From contig OX597821.1 of NCBI GenBank assembly GCA_951406725.2, forward strand, positions 114,204,001-114,268,000: a DNA stretch of 64,000 nucleotides, written 5' to 3'. Positions 27,273 to 41,239 of the stretch are shown piece by piece. Position numbers and translations under genes: made by a program. The stretch's first letter is position 1. The number at the start of each line of letters is the position of its first letter. The notes under the pieces are model-generated. The model saw nothing but the letters and a program-made list of their open reading frames with translations, was not told the origin of the DNA and made no database searches. The stretch comes from Octopus vulgaris. Lineage: Eukaryota.

Positions 27273-28167
27273 GGGCGGTGAGCTGGCAGAATCGTTAGCA
27301 CGCCGGGTGAAATGCTTAGTGGTATTTCGTCTGTCGTTACGTTCTGAGTTCAAATTCCGCCGAGGTCGACTTTGCCTTTCATCCTTTCGGGTGTCGATAA
27401 ATTAAGTACCAGTTACGCACTGGGATCGATGTAATCGGCTTAATTCCTTTGTCTGTCCTTGTTTGTTTCCTCTATGTTTAGCCCCTTGTGGGCAATAAAG
27501 ATTTAAGAATTGTTAGCATGCCGGGCATAATGCTTAGCAGCATTTCGTCCGTCTTTATATTCTGAGTTCAAATTCTGCTGAAGTCGACTTTACCTTTCGT
27601 CTTTTCGGGGTCAATAAAAAGAAATACTAGGGGTTAATGTAATCGACTACCACACTTACCCCTATACTTCAGGCCTTGTTCCTATAGTAGAAAGGGTTAT
27701 TGTTATAAGGGCGAGCTGGCAGAATCTTTAGCGCTGTGGGCAAAATGTTTTGCGATATTTCGTCGGTCCTTTACGTTCTGAGTTCAAATTCTGCCGAAGT
27801 CGACTTTGCCTTTCATCCTTTCGGGGTCGATGAAATAAGAACCACTTAAACACTCGGATCGATTTAAACACCTTACCCCTCCCCTAAAATTGCTGGTCTT
27901 GTGCCAAAATTTGAAACCAATTATTTTTGTTGTTGCGGTTATTTCTTAAGGTAGCGTGATGCCAGAATCGTTAGCACGCCGGACGAGATGTTCTACAGAT
28001 TTTGTTCGGCTATTTATACTCTGAGTTCGCATTCTGCTGTGGTCGAATTTTTCTTCCATCTTTTCGGAGTCGATAAGTACAACTTGAACACTGGGGGGAG
28101 GGGGTCTATATAATAGACTAGCTTCACCCCTTGAATATCAAGCATTGTGCCTGTTGTAAAAACGGAT

Positions 28168-28211
<44 letters not shown>

Positions 28212-28270
28212 TGGCGATAAGCTGGCAGAATCGTTAGTGCGTTGGACAAAAGGTTAGCAGTTTCTTTTCC
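27273..28270 (+). mobile_element. Tandem cluster of about 5 family A SINE copies
   Basis: Heads near 27273, 27508, 27710, 27950 and 28212, all in the same orientation. Confidence 0.85.
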
Positions 28271-28322
28271 AGCGCCCTCCGTGCAAAGCTGAAATCCTAG
28301 CGATTTACTCTCAATTACAAAG

Positions 28323-28716
28323 TCCATCCCCTCCTCAACGTAGACGCTGGCAACGGGTAGTGTCAGAGCTATGCCGTCGGGAACTTCGGTTCCTGGTAGG
28401 GCCACCCAAGGCGGATTGGTCTGACACCGAGTGGTATTAGGGTCACAACCCGGCAGACGGGGCTGTGGTGAAAATCCTCGGAGTGTCTGTTTCGGCAACC
28501 GGTCGTTCTGTCCTTGCGTCTGCGGACAATCTGCGGCAAACAGGATGTCTCTACATGCGGGATTGTTGGGGACCGCTTGTGAAATTCATATTCCCACGAA
28601 ACTTCTTCCACTGCCATGGTTCGAGATGCCTCGAGGGTGGTGGAAGAAGCCGACTCAACCCGCCCAGGGTGAATGTCGCCACAAGTACAAGTAATTCCAT
28701 ACCTATTACTATTGGA
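28323..28716 (+). mobile_element. Probable RTE-type LINE 5' end (structured 5' UTR plus ORF start)
   Basis: GC-rich island with a compact RNA fold at 28360-28427. ORF 28465 reaches 'IPITIGA', like the 'TIGTWNVR' start of RTE AP endonuclease, then breaks off. Confidence 0.5.
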
Positions 28717-29399
28717 GCAACAGATAGGTACCAACCCGTCGAGGGCAAAGTATGGCAGAACTTAGGTTCTTGGGGAGAGAACGCAACTTATTAATGCATA
28801 CCCTACAAGTGGACACGATATGTGGAACTGTAAAAATCTTCAAAACCTTTTTTAAGATTTGACGGATGATGAGCAAAGCAGTTCTTTCCTTCCCAGACTG
28901 ACTACCAAGCGGGTGGCCAGTTAAATTTAACTTTAAAGTTAAAAAAAGAAAAAGAAAACATGTATGTATGATGCATACTTACACATACGAACATACATGC
29001 ATACATATATTCAGACACACAGACAGACAGACAGGCGGTCTTATATGCATACATATGTACATACGTACATATACAATCCGTGCATACATATTGACATACG
29101 GGCACGCACACACAGATATGTACATCCATACATATATACATACATACAAACATATATACACACATATAAATGTACACACATACACGCGTACATTCATATA
29201 TACATACATATAAACATATATACATACAATCATACATAGTAACATACATGCATACACACAAACATACATGCAAACATACATACAGGCGTACATACATACG
29301 TACGTACGTACATAGATACATACACACATACACATACACTACACACATACATACATACATACATACATACATACATACATACATACATACATACATACA

Positions 29400-29790
29400 A
29401 ACAGACAAAAATACCATGTTGTGTATGTCGAAATTCCAATAAAGGAGCCTTGGATCTAGGTTCGAAACCTGCTCTTTCTCTATTGGCAAGAAATCTTGAA
29501 ATAAAACTAAATAGTGACATACATACATACATACATACATACATACATACATACATACATACATACATACATGTACGCATGTCTAGATATGCAATTATAT
29601 GCAAGAGAAAACATACAAAGCATACAAATTTGCGTATATACATACATAGATACATACATGCATGCATACAAACAAACAAAAATACCCTGATGTTGATGTT
29701 GAAATTCAAATGAAGGAGACTTGGATCTAGGTTCGAAACCGGTTCTTTCTCTATTGTCAAGAAATCTCGAAATAAAACTGAATCATGACA
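29400..29790 (+). repeat. Two ~120-bp direct copies (29400-29520, 29670-29790) embedded in (ACAT)n
   Basis: Both contain TTGGATCTAGGTTCGAAACC and CTTTCTCTATTG.CAAGAAATCT.GAAATAAAACT. Confidence 0.85.
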
Positions 29791-30374
29791 TACATACATA
29801 CATGTCGATTTTTTTTCACCATTTTCTAGACTCATTAAACATTTAATGTGCATACATAAACATAAATGCACATATCTTATTGTGTGTGTGTGTCTAACAC
29901 ACAAACACTTAACCTCACGTCTATATGCATGTGTGTGTGTGTAGGTAAGTATGTTTGTGTGTATGCTCATATCTATGCATATTTAGCTGCACTTTGCTAA
30001 ATGTCTGCATTCTGAGTGTTGTGTGAAATCTAGAGAAAGCAACACACCCACGCCAATGTATAAATATATGCGTGTTTCTGTATGCATTTATGCGTATGCA
30101 ATTATCTCTAGCTTAGCGAGCAGCAACGCTTTGGTAACGGAAAAAAAAAACAAAGAACCACCCCCCCCCAAAAAAAAAAAAAATTGTATCTAGACAGCTG
30201 TATTCATATATACATGGGTACTGTTTTTTTTAATGTTTTATTTATAATTGCTACACACACACACACATACACACACATGCACTAATACATACATACAATT
30301 GTATGTGTGTGTGTGTGTGTATAGCAATTACAAATAAAACATAAAAACAGTAGCCCTGTACATATGAATACAGC

Positions 30375-30432
<58 letters not shown>

Positions 30433-30449
30433 TACATATATATATATAT

Positions 30450-30484
<35 letters not shown>

Positions 30485-30622
30485 ATCTACAAATGCATAT
30501 ATGTGTGTGTATGTGTAAATATATATGACATATATATACATACGTATAATCAAGTGTACTATATATATATATATTTATTTATATATATATATACATATAT
30601 ATATATATTTATATATTGACTG

Positions 30623-30702
<80 letters not shown>

Positions 30703-31224
30703 CCGTTTTATGTTGTTTTATGAGAAAGCGGTGAACGTCGTAAGTAGACAAATGACAAATGATAATTTACCGTCGGAGCTGCGCACGTCACATTTAATGA
30801 TTCTAAACATTTTCCTTTCATTGTCTGAAGGTTTTCAGATAAACGCATTCACATTTTAGAAGAAGGCGCTGAACATAAATGTGTATCAACTGATGCTTAA
30901 AACTATAAATTCCTTAGTTGTGAATAAGGAGGGGTTTTTCAAACCAAATATTAATATGAGAAATTTAGTTTAGAGTCTAAGATTCTTACCATGCTACAGT
31001 AAGTAACGTTTTGTTGTTTTTTCCGCGGTCATTGCAACATTTAATGTTACAGTTTATATTTATACTTGCGCTTGTAATATTTATGGCTGTTTATGAGAAT
31101 TTATCATGCATATTTGCAGCAGAACAAATAAATTTGTACTGTATTTTCTTTGTTTTTAGGTTTTTACTTGCGTTCATCTAGTGGTATGCGTACCTAATCT
31201 GGTAAATTCTTACCAGGGCGTTTC

Positions 31225-31597
31225 GAATATTCGTTTGTTTCATTCATCAGACTGCGGTCGTGCCAGGGCACCACTTTATTGATCCAAGTGCTTATTTTCT
31301 TTTTTTTAATCTTGGTCTTTCGCCACACTGCTAAGTGACGGAGACATAAACACATCAGCACCGGTTGTCAAGAGGCGGTGGGGAACAAACATAGTCACAA
31401 AGACACACATACACATACACGTACATACAGACACACTCACACATATATATATATATATGAGCTTCTTTCAGTTTCCGCCTACCAAATCCACCCACAAGGC
31501 TTTGATCGGCCTGGGGTAGAAAACACTTGACCAAGCTGCTACGCAGTGGAACTGAACCTAAAGCCATATAGTTGTGAACCAAAATCTTACCATACAA
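31225..31597 (-). mobile_element. SINE family B (diverged)
   Basis: Reverse-complement similarity to 33864-34265. Confidence 0.75.
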
Positions 31598-31717
31598 CCA
31601 GAAGAGTTGTTATAACGTTTGCTTATTTCATAGATTATGACTAAAGCAGTTTTAATGACTACTAATGCAACCCAAATGGACAGCATCAATAGTCATCATC
31701 ATCATCATTATCACTAG

Positions 31718-32170
31718 GCTGCATTGAGATGTTAGCCGAGTGTGTGATTCCAAAATAACAGAAAAGTGGTACAAACACGAACCAGAGTCTGTGATGGAGA
31801 ATGAAGATTACAAGATCATGCAGGACTTCATCGTAATAACTGAGCATACTGCTGTAGCAAACAGTCCGGATATGATGATAGAGGACATATTAATCGGACG
31901 GTACGAGATCATAGATTCGGCGATTCCCTGTGATAGCAAAGTCGATACCAAAAGAACTGAAGAAATTGAGAAATACCAGGATCTAGCCAGAGAGCAGAGA
32001 AAATCGCAGAAGACCAAGACAACAAATAATCCTGTAGTAATTGATGCACTTGTGCCGTGGGCAGCAATTAACAAAAGACTGAAAGAAGTTGGAATTGAAT
32101 CTCACTTTGTCGATCTGTAGAAAAGTACCGTTCTATGTTCTGCAAGAATCCTAAGGAAGACTTTTGAGAT
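31718..32170 (+). mobile_element. Old R4/Dong-like RLE fragment
   Basis: KWYKHEPESVMENE..SPDMMI..IIDSAIP..EKYQDLARE..PVVIDAL. Confidence 0.75.
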
Positions 32171-32372
32171 TTGAAGAAACTCGTTGTCACCAAACATCGA
32201 GATAAATGCCTCCTGATTAAATGTTGTGTTGCATGAAGATATTTCACTACTGCCCCTGCCACTCCCACTCCCCAAGCTTCGGTCATACTGTAACGTCTCT
32301 TATCCTTCACTCACCCAAGGATGCTGGGTGTGTTCCGGTAAGTGATTGTAACAAACACGCAGATTAAAAGTA

Positions 32373-32432
<60 letters not shown>

Positions 32433-32954
32433 CCCTGATGCGGTGCGGTACCAGACATTGGCTCTCATGGCTTCTGATCTTAACTGATTGGAAGTGTTAT
32501 CATGTTCATTGTTTTGTCTTGGTATAAAAGACGGGCTACAGCAAATATTCTGCTCAATACTACAGATTTGCATGTCAGTTGTTTGAACTTAACCAGTTGA
32601 GCATGTCCCTTTGTGGCTGACGGCATGTGCATCTCTGATCACAAGCAGAAGTAGTGGGAGAGCATCATAGCCATGTGTTGATAGGGATTCTTTGGGGTTT
32701 GAATAGTTCACCTCTGGAAACATGGGTGTTTCGTTCAACATCCTTAAACATCCCTTTTGAGCGGGATGGGTTACTCGACCTGAAGAAAATTCTAACTGGG
32801 CCCCACTTGCAAGGTCATGTGCTGTTTATCTTGATATGAGATCACCATGTCACGCACATATGGTTGTGATGCATGTGCATAGTGTACTCTTATCAGATGG
32901 GTAGTCATGATGACTATACTGGGGTCCGTATATTTTACCCCACTACTCTCTCAC

Positions 32955-32955
<1 letters not shown>
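32433..32955 (+). mobile_element. ~520-bp non-coding element inserted in (TAA)n (copy 1; strand arbitrary)
   Basis: Reverse complement of 37937-38466; TAA tracts on both sides. Confidence 0.85.
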
Positions 32956-33027
<72 letters not shown>

Positions 33028-33056
33028 CAACAACAACAACAATAATAACAACAACA

Positions 33057-33580
33057 AAAAGAAAAAGATAGTATAGGCACACCCCAGAAAAGGTCACAGA
33101 AAATGAGAAAGCAGCCATACTCTGGGATATGCCAATACACACAAATCGAGAAACCAAGGCTAATAGATCGGATATAGTTGTCAGAGATAGGTAAAATAAA
33201 AGGATGCCTTCTAATTGATGTATCAATACCAACAGATGACAACGCTTCTCTAAAAGAAATTGAGAAACTTTCAAAATACAAAGACCTAGAAATAGAGGTA
33301 ACTTGTACGTTGAATCTAAAAATAGAAACAATTCCTATCATAATAGGTGCATTAGGCATAATAAAAAAATATTCAGACAAATACATAACAAAAACACCAA
33401 GACTTGCAAGTATATATAGCATACAGAAAATAGCACAACTAGGCACCGCACAAATCCTAGTAAAATACTTTCAATATAATAAAAATAAGAGCATCACAAC
33501 AAACCACAGCACATGCCCAAGGTATTTAGAGCTGCGCTCGGTAGTGCAGTGAAATCACGTAATAAAAATAAGACTTCTAA
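33057..33580 (+). mobile_element. Dong LINE 3' end (diverged copy)
   Basis: RHTPEKVTENEKAAILWD..LIDVSIP..KLSKYKDL plus homologous 3' UTR; follows a (TAA)/(CAA) tract. Confidence 0.88.
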
Positions 33581-33863
33581 ATTATGATGATGATGATGAT
33601 GATGACGATGATGATGATGATGATGATGATGATGCTGATGATGATAAAGATAATGATGATGATAATAATAATAATAATAATGATGATGATGATGATAATA
33701 AGAATAATAATAATAATGATGATGATGATGATGATAGTATCAATAATAATAATAATTATTATTATTATTATCATTATTATTATTATTATTATTGTTGTTG
33801 TTGTTGGTGTTGTTGTTGTTGTTGTTGTTATAACTTTACTTACAAGTAAAGTTATACAAGTAA

Positions 33864-34265
33864 AGGCGCAGGAGTGGCTGTTTGGTAAGTAGCTTGCTAA
33901 CCAACCACATGGTTCCGGGTTCAGTCCCACTGCGTGGCATCTTGGGCAAGTGTCTTCTGCTATAGCTTCGGGCCGACCAATGCCTTGTGAGTGGATTTGG
34001 TAGACGGAAACTGAAAGAAGCCTGTCGTATATATGTATATATATATATAAGTGTGTGTGAATATGTTTGTGTGTCTGTGTTTGTTCCCCTAGCATTGCTT
34101 GACAACTGATGCTGGTGTGTTTACGTCCCCGTCACCTAGCGGTTCGGCAAAAGAGACCGATAGAATAAGTACTGGGCTTACAAAGAATAAGTCCCGGGGT
34201 CGAGTTGCTCGACTAAAGGCGGTGCTCCAGCATGGCCGCAGTCAAATGACTGAAACAAGTAAAAA
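33864..34265 (+). mobile_element. SINE family B, full length
   Basis: GGCGCAGGAGTGGCTG..TGG A-box, GGTTCAGTCCC B-box, TTGGGCAAGT core, GCTCCAGCATGGCCGCAGTC tail. Confidence 0.9.
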
Positions 34266-34640
34266 GAGAGACAAATGCTGCCAGATCATTGATGTAGCTA
34301 TACCAAATGGCATGAATTCTGTGAGTAAAGAGGTTGAAAAAATCACCAAGTACTCCGAACTGAAAGTGGAAATAGCAAGACTGTATGGAATACCAGAGGG
34401 AAATGCAAAAGTGATACCAGTGGTGATTGGAGCGTTGGGCTCGATCCCATTGAAACTTCAAGAATTCTTAAGGCAACTGGAAATCTCATGCAAAATTGAT
34501 GTCTTGCAAAAAGCAGCCCTTATTGGGCACATTGCACATTTTAAGGAAAGTATTATCTGTCTGAATTCCTGTTGTAGCTTGACAGATGAATAAAGACTCC
34601 GGTGCATTTTAACCTACACTATGTTACGAAGGAATAATAT
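34266..34640 (+). mobile_element. R4/Dong-like RLE 3' fragment (third subfamily)
   Basis: CQIIDVAIP..KEVEKITKYSELKVEIARLY..IPVVIGALG..LQKAALIG. Confidence 0.8.
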
Positions 34641-35074
34641 GTTAGTGCAAAAAGTGTTGTGTTTATTGACTATCTTCAAAATGATTACATCATCAATGGA
34701 AAGTTCAATGCCAGCTTACTAAGGCAGTTATGAAAGGCTATCAAGACCCAGCGCCCAGAAAAACTGATGAATGGGATTCTTGTTTCATTAGGACAATGCT
34801 GGTTATTTGGTTCCATCTGGTTATCATCTGTTTACCGAACATGAAAAAACACTCAGCTGGGCACCAGTATTGTTGTGATGATGACGTCTCACCTGCTGTT
34901 GGTAACTTTTTTAGACCAACAGAATAGCTTCTTCACCAGTGCAATCCAAGCACTGCAACTACTGATGGAAGTGTGTGGACAGTAAAAGGAACTATGTTAC
35001 TAAATGAACTTCATTTGGTCCCATTCCATGACAGTGTCTTGCTCAGCCCGTGAACATTTCAGCAAACCCTCATT
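34641..35074 (+). mobile_element. mariner transposase relic
   Basis: VVFIDYLQND..SLLRQL..QDNA-like..LPNMKKH..DDDV; mariner-like terminus AACATTTCAGCAAACCCTCA. Confidence 0.7.
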
Positions 35075-35290
35075 GTATTTAAAATTATTATGATGCCTGC
35101 ATGTTTTAATGTTAACTTTGAAAACTCCACTTTTTTCGTAAAAATAAAAGTTGAACCTGGGTTTGAACCCCATAAGGAAACTTTGTTCCTGGTTGAAATA
35201 TTAAATTCCGAATCAAAGAGTGATTGTGTTTATTTTCATATTACCCACGCACATTTGTAATCATATCTGAAGAAAACATCCCTTTCATAA

Positions 35291-35347
<57 letters not shown>

Positions 35348-35401
35348 CACTCATGAAAAGGGTATATACATACATACATATATATACATATATGTATATG
35401 T

Positions 35402-35488
<87 letters not shown>

Positions 35489-36667
35489 CTACAGCGGTGG
35501 TGCATTTTCTAGTAGCTCGCATGTATAATTTGTTGATGTACTAACGAGACTGTTGAAACGAAAGTTGAAAACATCCACTCTTCATTTGATTTGATGTAAA
35601 GAGAATAAATTTAATTACATCCACCCATTTTGACAATCGATCTTTCATTTACTTAACTAATTTGACATATATGAAGGGTGGAGTTAAATCCATCTCAAGA
35701 CAAGCTTGAGCGGAACATTGAAATACGAACAAATAAACAAAATTGGCGACATTCCAGGTAGACAGTTTTCAGAAATTAATACAGGTGTAAAGTGGATAGA
35801 TTTGTCTGCTTCAAAATAATGAAATTATATTTGATATGTGACACTAACATTGAGAAGCTTTCAAGCTTCTTTCATTGCTTATATATACAAAGAAACAATC
35901 AGATATGAAATATAAAGTAATAAAATATAGATTTATTTTTAATTTTCTTTTGATGGATGAGTAAACCTAGCATTAGTTGACGCAAGTGTGGGTGTGGGCT
36001 GAAAAAGCTTACTTGCCAGCCATTTTGTCTTGGATTCAGTTCCACTACACGGCATTTTTGGCATGTATCTTTTACAATAGTGTCGCGACAGAAAATGCTT
36101 TGCGAATGAATTTGAAGAACGGAAACTGAATAAAGCCGAACGTATATATACGGGAGAGTGCAGGAAAGTTCCTAGCTGTAAGGGTATTTCGGAAGACGTC
36201 GTTGGAGAGCCCAACCTTCCGAGTTCTTTTACATGGATTTTTAAAAAAAACTGAAGAATCGTTGCGATGCGTGTTCTTATCGATTTATATAATATTTTTG
36301 TATGCTTTTGATGTTCTCATTTGTAAAATGAATAAATAATCCAACATTATAATATCCGTAAGTTGATGAACAAACCAAATTTGTTTCTCCATTTTCTTAT
36401 TTGTATTATATATATATCATGAGTCCAAAATATATATTAAAAGCACAAACAGACACGGATGGTCGCCAATTCCTCATCAGTTATCGGCCAGCGGGCCAAT
36501 CGCAATTTCGCGCCTAACCGATAATATTGCATTCCTACTGGTGGCGCAGACACCGCCGGGAATTGGCAAGACAAAAAACAACAGGATAGAAAAGGAACAA
36601 ACAGGCAAGAAGACGATATAGAAGATTAACGTACAGATGTGGAATAAATGTAATCCAATTCGTGACA

Positions 36668-36708
<41 letters not shown>

Positions 36709-37299
36709 GCATGTGTGTGTTCGTATGTATATACATATGTATATATTATTGTGTTCGTGTTTTTGTGCAGCGAGAATGAAGTGCTTTTCTCAATATTACA
36801 ACAGCCCGCTCTATCCGGGAATCGAAACTACGAGTGTAACACCCTAACCACTAGGCCGTGCACTCTCAGTGGAATGATTCGAGGGGTGGGGAATTTAAAA
36901 GAAGCACCGAGAAAGATACAGCAAAAGAAATCTGAGATATACATTTGAACAGTAAACAAGATTTTAAAAATAAGAACATAATTAAGATCTACAAAATAAA
37001 CCCAGAAATAAGTTTGCAGGCATTTGAGGGTTTTCTTGTTTTTATTAACAACATATTAACCATTCTAAAACCAGTTAAATGTTGCATATGTCTAATATGT
37101 TTTTTTTTCTTCCACGACACACTCTAAACTTCCAGAAAAATTTTCAGTTGCAATTTTTTTTTTTTTTTTGTTAGACCGGTTAAAATTATCTGGAGATACT
37201 TAAAGACCATTTATTATTGTTTATCTACGTCAGCTACAGAAAGTCACTTCTGCAATAGAGAAATTGTTGTTATTGCTGTTGCAGTTGTTGCTGTTGCAG

Positions 37300-37346
<47 letters not shown>

Positions 37347-37384
37347 CTTGTTCTTGTTCTTGTTCTTGTTGTTACTGCTGTTTG

Positions 37385-37722
37385 CTGTTGAGCGAACGGT
37401 CTTCGTCCCAGAGCTCGCAAGATGGGAGAAGACCGAAACGTAGTCCTTTGCTATTCATAAAACCCGCAGAAGAGAAAGCAGGTCAACCCCCGACACCGAG
37501 AGCATCGACGGATGGATGAATGCGCATCCGGGATCAGCGGTTGCGTATGAAGTCGGGGACAAGAAGCAGGAAGAAAGAGAGAGAAAAGTTGGAGCGAAAG
37601 AGTACAAACAGGAGTCGCCACCCCCACCCACCCCCCTGCCAGAGCCTCGTGGAGTTTTAGGTGTTTTCGCTCAATAAACATACACAATGCTCGGTCTGGG
37701 AATCGAAACCGCGATCCTCCGA
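37385..37722 (-). mobile_element. SINE family C variant with an alternative stem-loop tail
   Basis: 37570-37722 matches the family C head and body; tail hairpin at 37397-37435, followed by (CAA)n on the minus strand. Confidence 0.7.
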
Positions 37723-37936
37723 CCTGTTGTTGCTGCTGCTGCTGTTGTTGTTCCCATCAGCTGTTCCCATTCTGAGTTCACCGAATTCAACTTTGCCTCC
37801 CATCCTTTCGGGAGTTGATAAAATAAAATACGAGTCAAGCATTAGGTTCGACGAAAACGATTAATCTCCAACAGTGCTGGCCTTGTGCCTAATCAGAAAC
37901 GAATTTTACTTTTATCATTGTTGTTGTTATTATTAT

Positions 37937-38464
37937 TGACAGAGGGCAGCTCGTGCCATCAAAGTAACTAAACCCAATATAATCATCATGATTACTCGTT
38001 TGATAAGAGTATATCAGAGACGTGCATCACAACCATATGTGCACGATACGGTGATCTTTTATCAAGATAAACAGCGCATGACCTTGCATGTGGTGCCCAG
38101 TTAGAATGTTCTTTAGGTTGAGTAACCCAACTTGCTCAAAAGTTCCCTGAATAAGGGTTGTTTAAGGATGTAAACGAAAGACCTATGTATCCAAAGGTGA
38201 ATTATTCAAACTTCAAAAAATTCCTCTCAACACATGACTATGATACTCCTCCAGTACTCCTGCTGATCAGAGATGCACATATCGTCAGCCACTAAGGAAC
38301 ATGTTCAACTGGTTACGGTCAAGTAACTGACAAGCAAATATGTGGTATGGAGCAGAATATTTGCTGTAGCCGATCTTCTTTACACCAAGACAAAACATGT
38401 ATATGTTAACACTTCTGAGTTAAGATCAAAAGCCATGAGAGCCACTGTTTGGTATTGCATCAGG

Positions 38465-38466
<2 letters not shown>
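37937..38466 (-). mobile_element. ~520-bp (TAA)n-inserted element (copy 2)
   Basis: Reverse complement of 32433-32955, with the same orientation relative to TAA. Confidence 0.85.
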
Positions 38467-38561
<95 letters not shown>

Positions 38562-39503
38562 GGTAGTGGGCCGACAGAATCGTTAGCGCAGCAGAAGACA
38601 GGCTATGAGTCTCCATCTTTTAGGGATTCATGTTTCTGTAGTCTTAAGGAATAAAACTGATTCCCTCACTCAGGTGTTGTATCTGGCTCCTGTAGTCTCT
38701 TACTCAATAGCTCTGCTACCACTTTCTCTGTTCCTCCTCTGAATATTCGAACCAGAATTTTTGTCATCTTATCCTTTCCTGCTGTTTTGTTTTTGTAGCG
38801 TCTGGGCTACTCCTTGAATTAATATCCTCTCCGTCGTTTATAAGTAACATCTGAATATAGATTTAAAGTTATGGCTTCAAAAACATGTTTGGCAGATAAA
38901 AATTGAAATTTAAGATTAAAAATAAATAAATCATGAAATAAATACGTAAATAGCTAAATGACTAAAGACAGAAAGGAAAGAAGAAAAAAACGGGAAGAAA
39001 ATAATGATAGAATTTATTTGAAAATGTCCAAGTTCTGCTGCACCTGTTTCAGGAAACGTCAAAATATCAGCAGAATGTCACTTCAACTTAATGCTGGGAA
39101 GAAAATTGGGTTTCAGTTTCTCAATTCAGAAATATTCCAAGCAAACTTTCACCAAAGAACCAGCCCACCAACCAGACAACCAGCCAGCCAGTCAACATAC
39201 CTACCTACCTACCTATCAACCAACCTGCCACCCCTATTAAATAGCAGAAGATAATTAATTGCAGCATTACCATTTTCACGTAAACCGGGTGTTAGAACAT
39301 GAAATATTCACCGGAAACCTTATGTATATATTTCTGTAAAAAAAAAAATATGATAGTTAGATATTCTCAGATTTCACACACACACGCACAAGCGCGCACA
39401 TTCACACACATACGAATACATACATATATACACGCAAAAACATATATTTATTACGTAATAAGATATAAACTATTTCATATATATTTATTTACACACAACC
39501 AAA

Positions 39504-39541
<38 letters not shown>

Positions 39542-39549
39542 TTACATAA

Positions 39550-39610
<61 letters not shown>

Positions 39611-39666
39611 TATATATACATATATATATATATTTACATATATATATATATATTTACGTATATATA

Positions 39667-40405
<739 letters not shown>

Positions 40406-41239
40406 AAAACTTAACTCTTCTATTCATTAATGCAATCGCATCAAATAGGTACAAAGCCTGCCCACGTTTTCTTGGGCTTTGAAAGAAACAAGCTAAATCA
40501 CATTCAAATGCAAATGGTTTGTTCTAGAACACTCTATACATTGTACGCACGGCTTCTTCCGCTCAAATTTGTGTTGTCAATTCTACTCAAAATGTAAAGT
40601 ATCCTATCATCTTTCATGCTTCGTCCGACTTGAATCTGAGGCTCGAGATGCTGGAATCTCATCGTCATGCATCGAAACATTTACTTTGTAACTATAAAAC
40701 TACTAATGGCTTATCTCCAGGGTTTTTATCTTCTTTTAGAAGAATTGTTTATTTTCATTGCTATTTTTACCTGTTCTTTTTTACAGATTTTTATTATTTT
40801 TTTTTTTGTTTTTCATTGTGGTATTTTTAAGATATTTCCCTTGCTCAGACTTTCTTATGCAGCCATCATTACAAATATCCTGTTTTTAAAACTCGCTTAC
40901 ATTCATTCTGCTCCATTTCTTGTCTTCATTCACTGACAAATCTGCCTCCCTCATTTCACCCATTTACTTACCTATTTTCAAATAACGGTTAAATTGTCAA
41001 ATAATGACATTTCATTCATGAAAATTTACCATGATATTTATCTATTTTATTAATGTTAAATAGATGGCATTTTTCATTTCTTTCATTTTTTTCAAATCAT
41101 TGACCATCCAACAGTTTTCTAACATTTGTATTATTTGGCAAGTAACAAAAAATATCTCGACAAATGATGCTGCACCCGCTAAACGATTTTGTTTTCTTTT
41201 AATCGTAGTTATGTAGTCTGCTCTACGCTCTTTTGCACA

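Noticed and set aside
27273-28270. Repeat-spacer pattern reminiscent of CRISPR
   Set aside because: Units are ~200-bp diverged SINEs in eukaryotic DNA, with no cas genes.
34099-34593. 164-aa ORF
   Set aside because: Chance read-through from a SINE tail into a LINE RLE fragment.
35530-35572. GAAAC-GAAA-GTT near (TA)n
   Set aside because: Core and stem I are too degenerate to call.
37397-37445. Hairpin followed by GAAAC-GTA-GTC, like an HHR 3' half
   Set aside because: There is no CUGANGA core, and it is better explained as the antisense of a SINE 3'-tail stem-loop.
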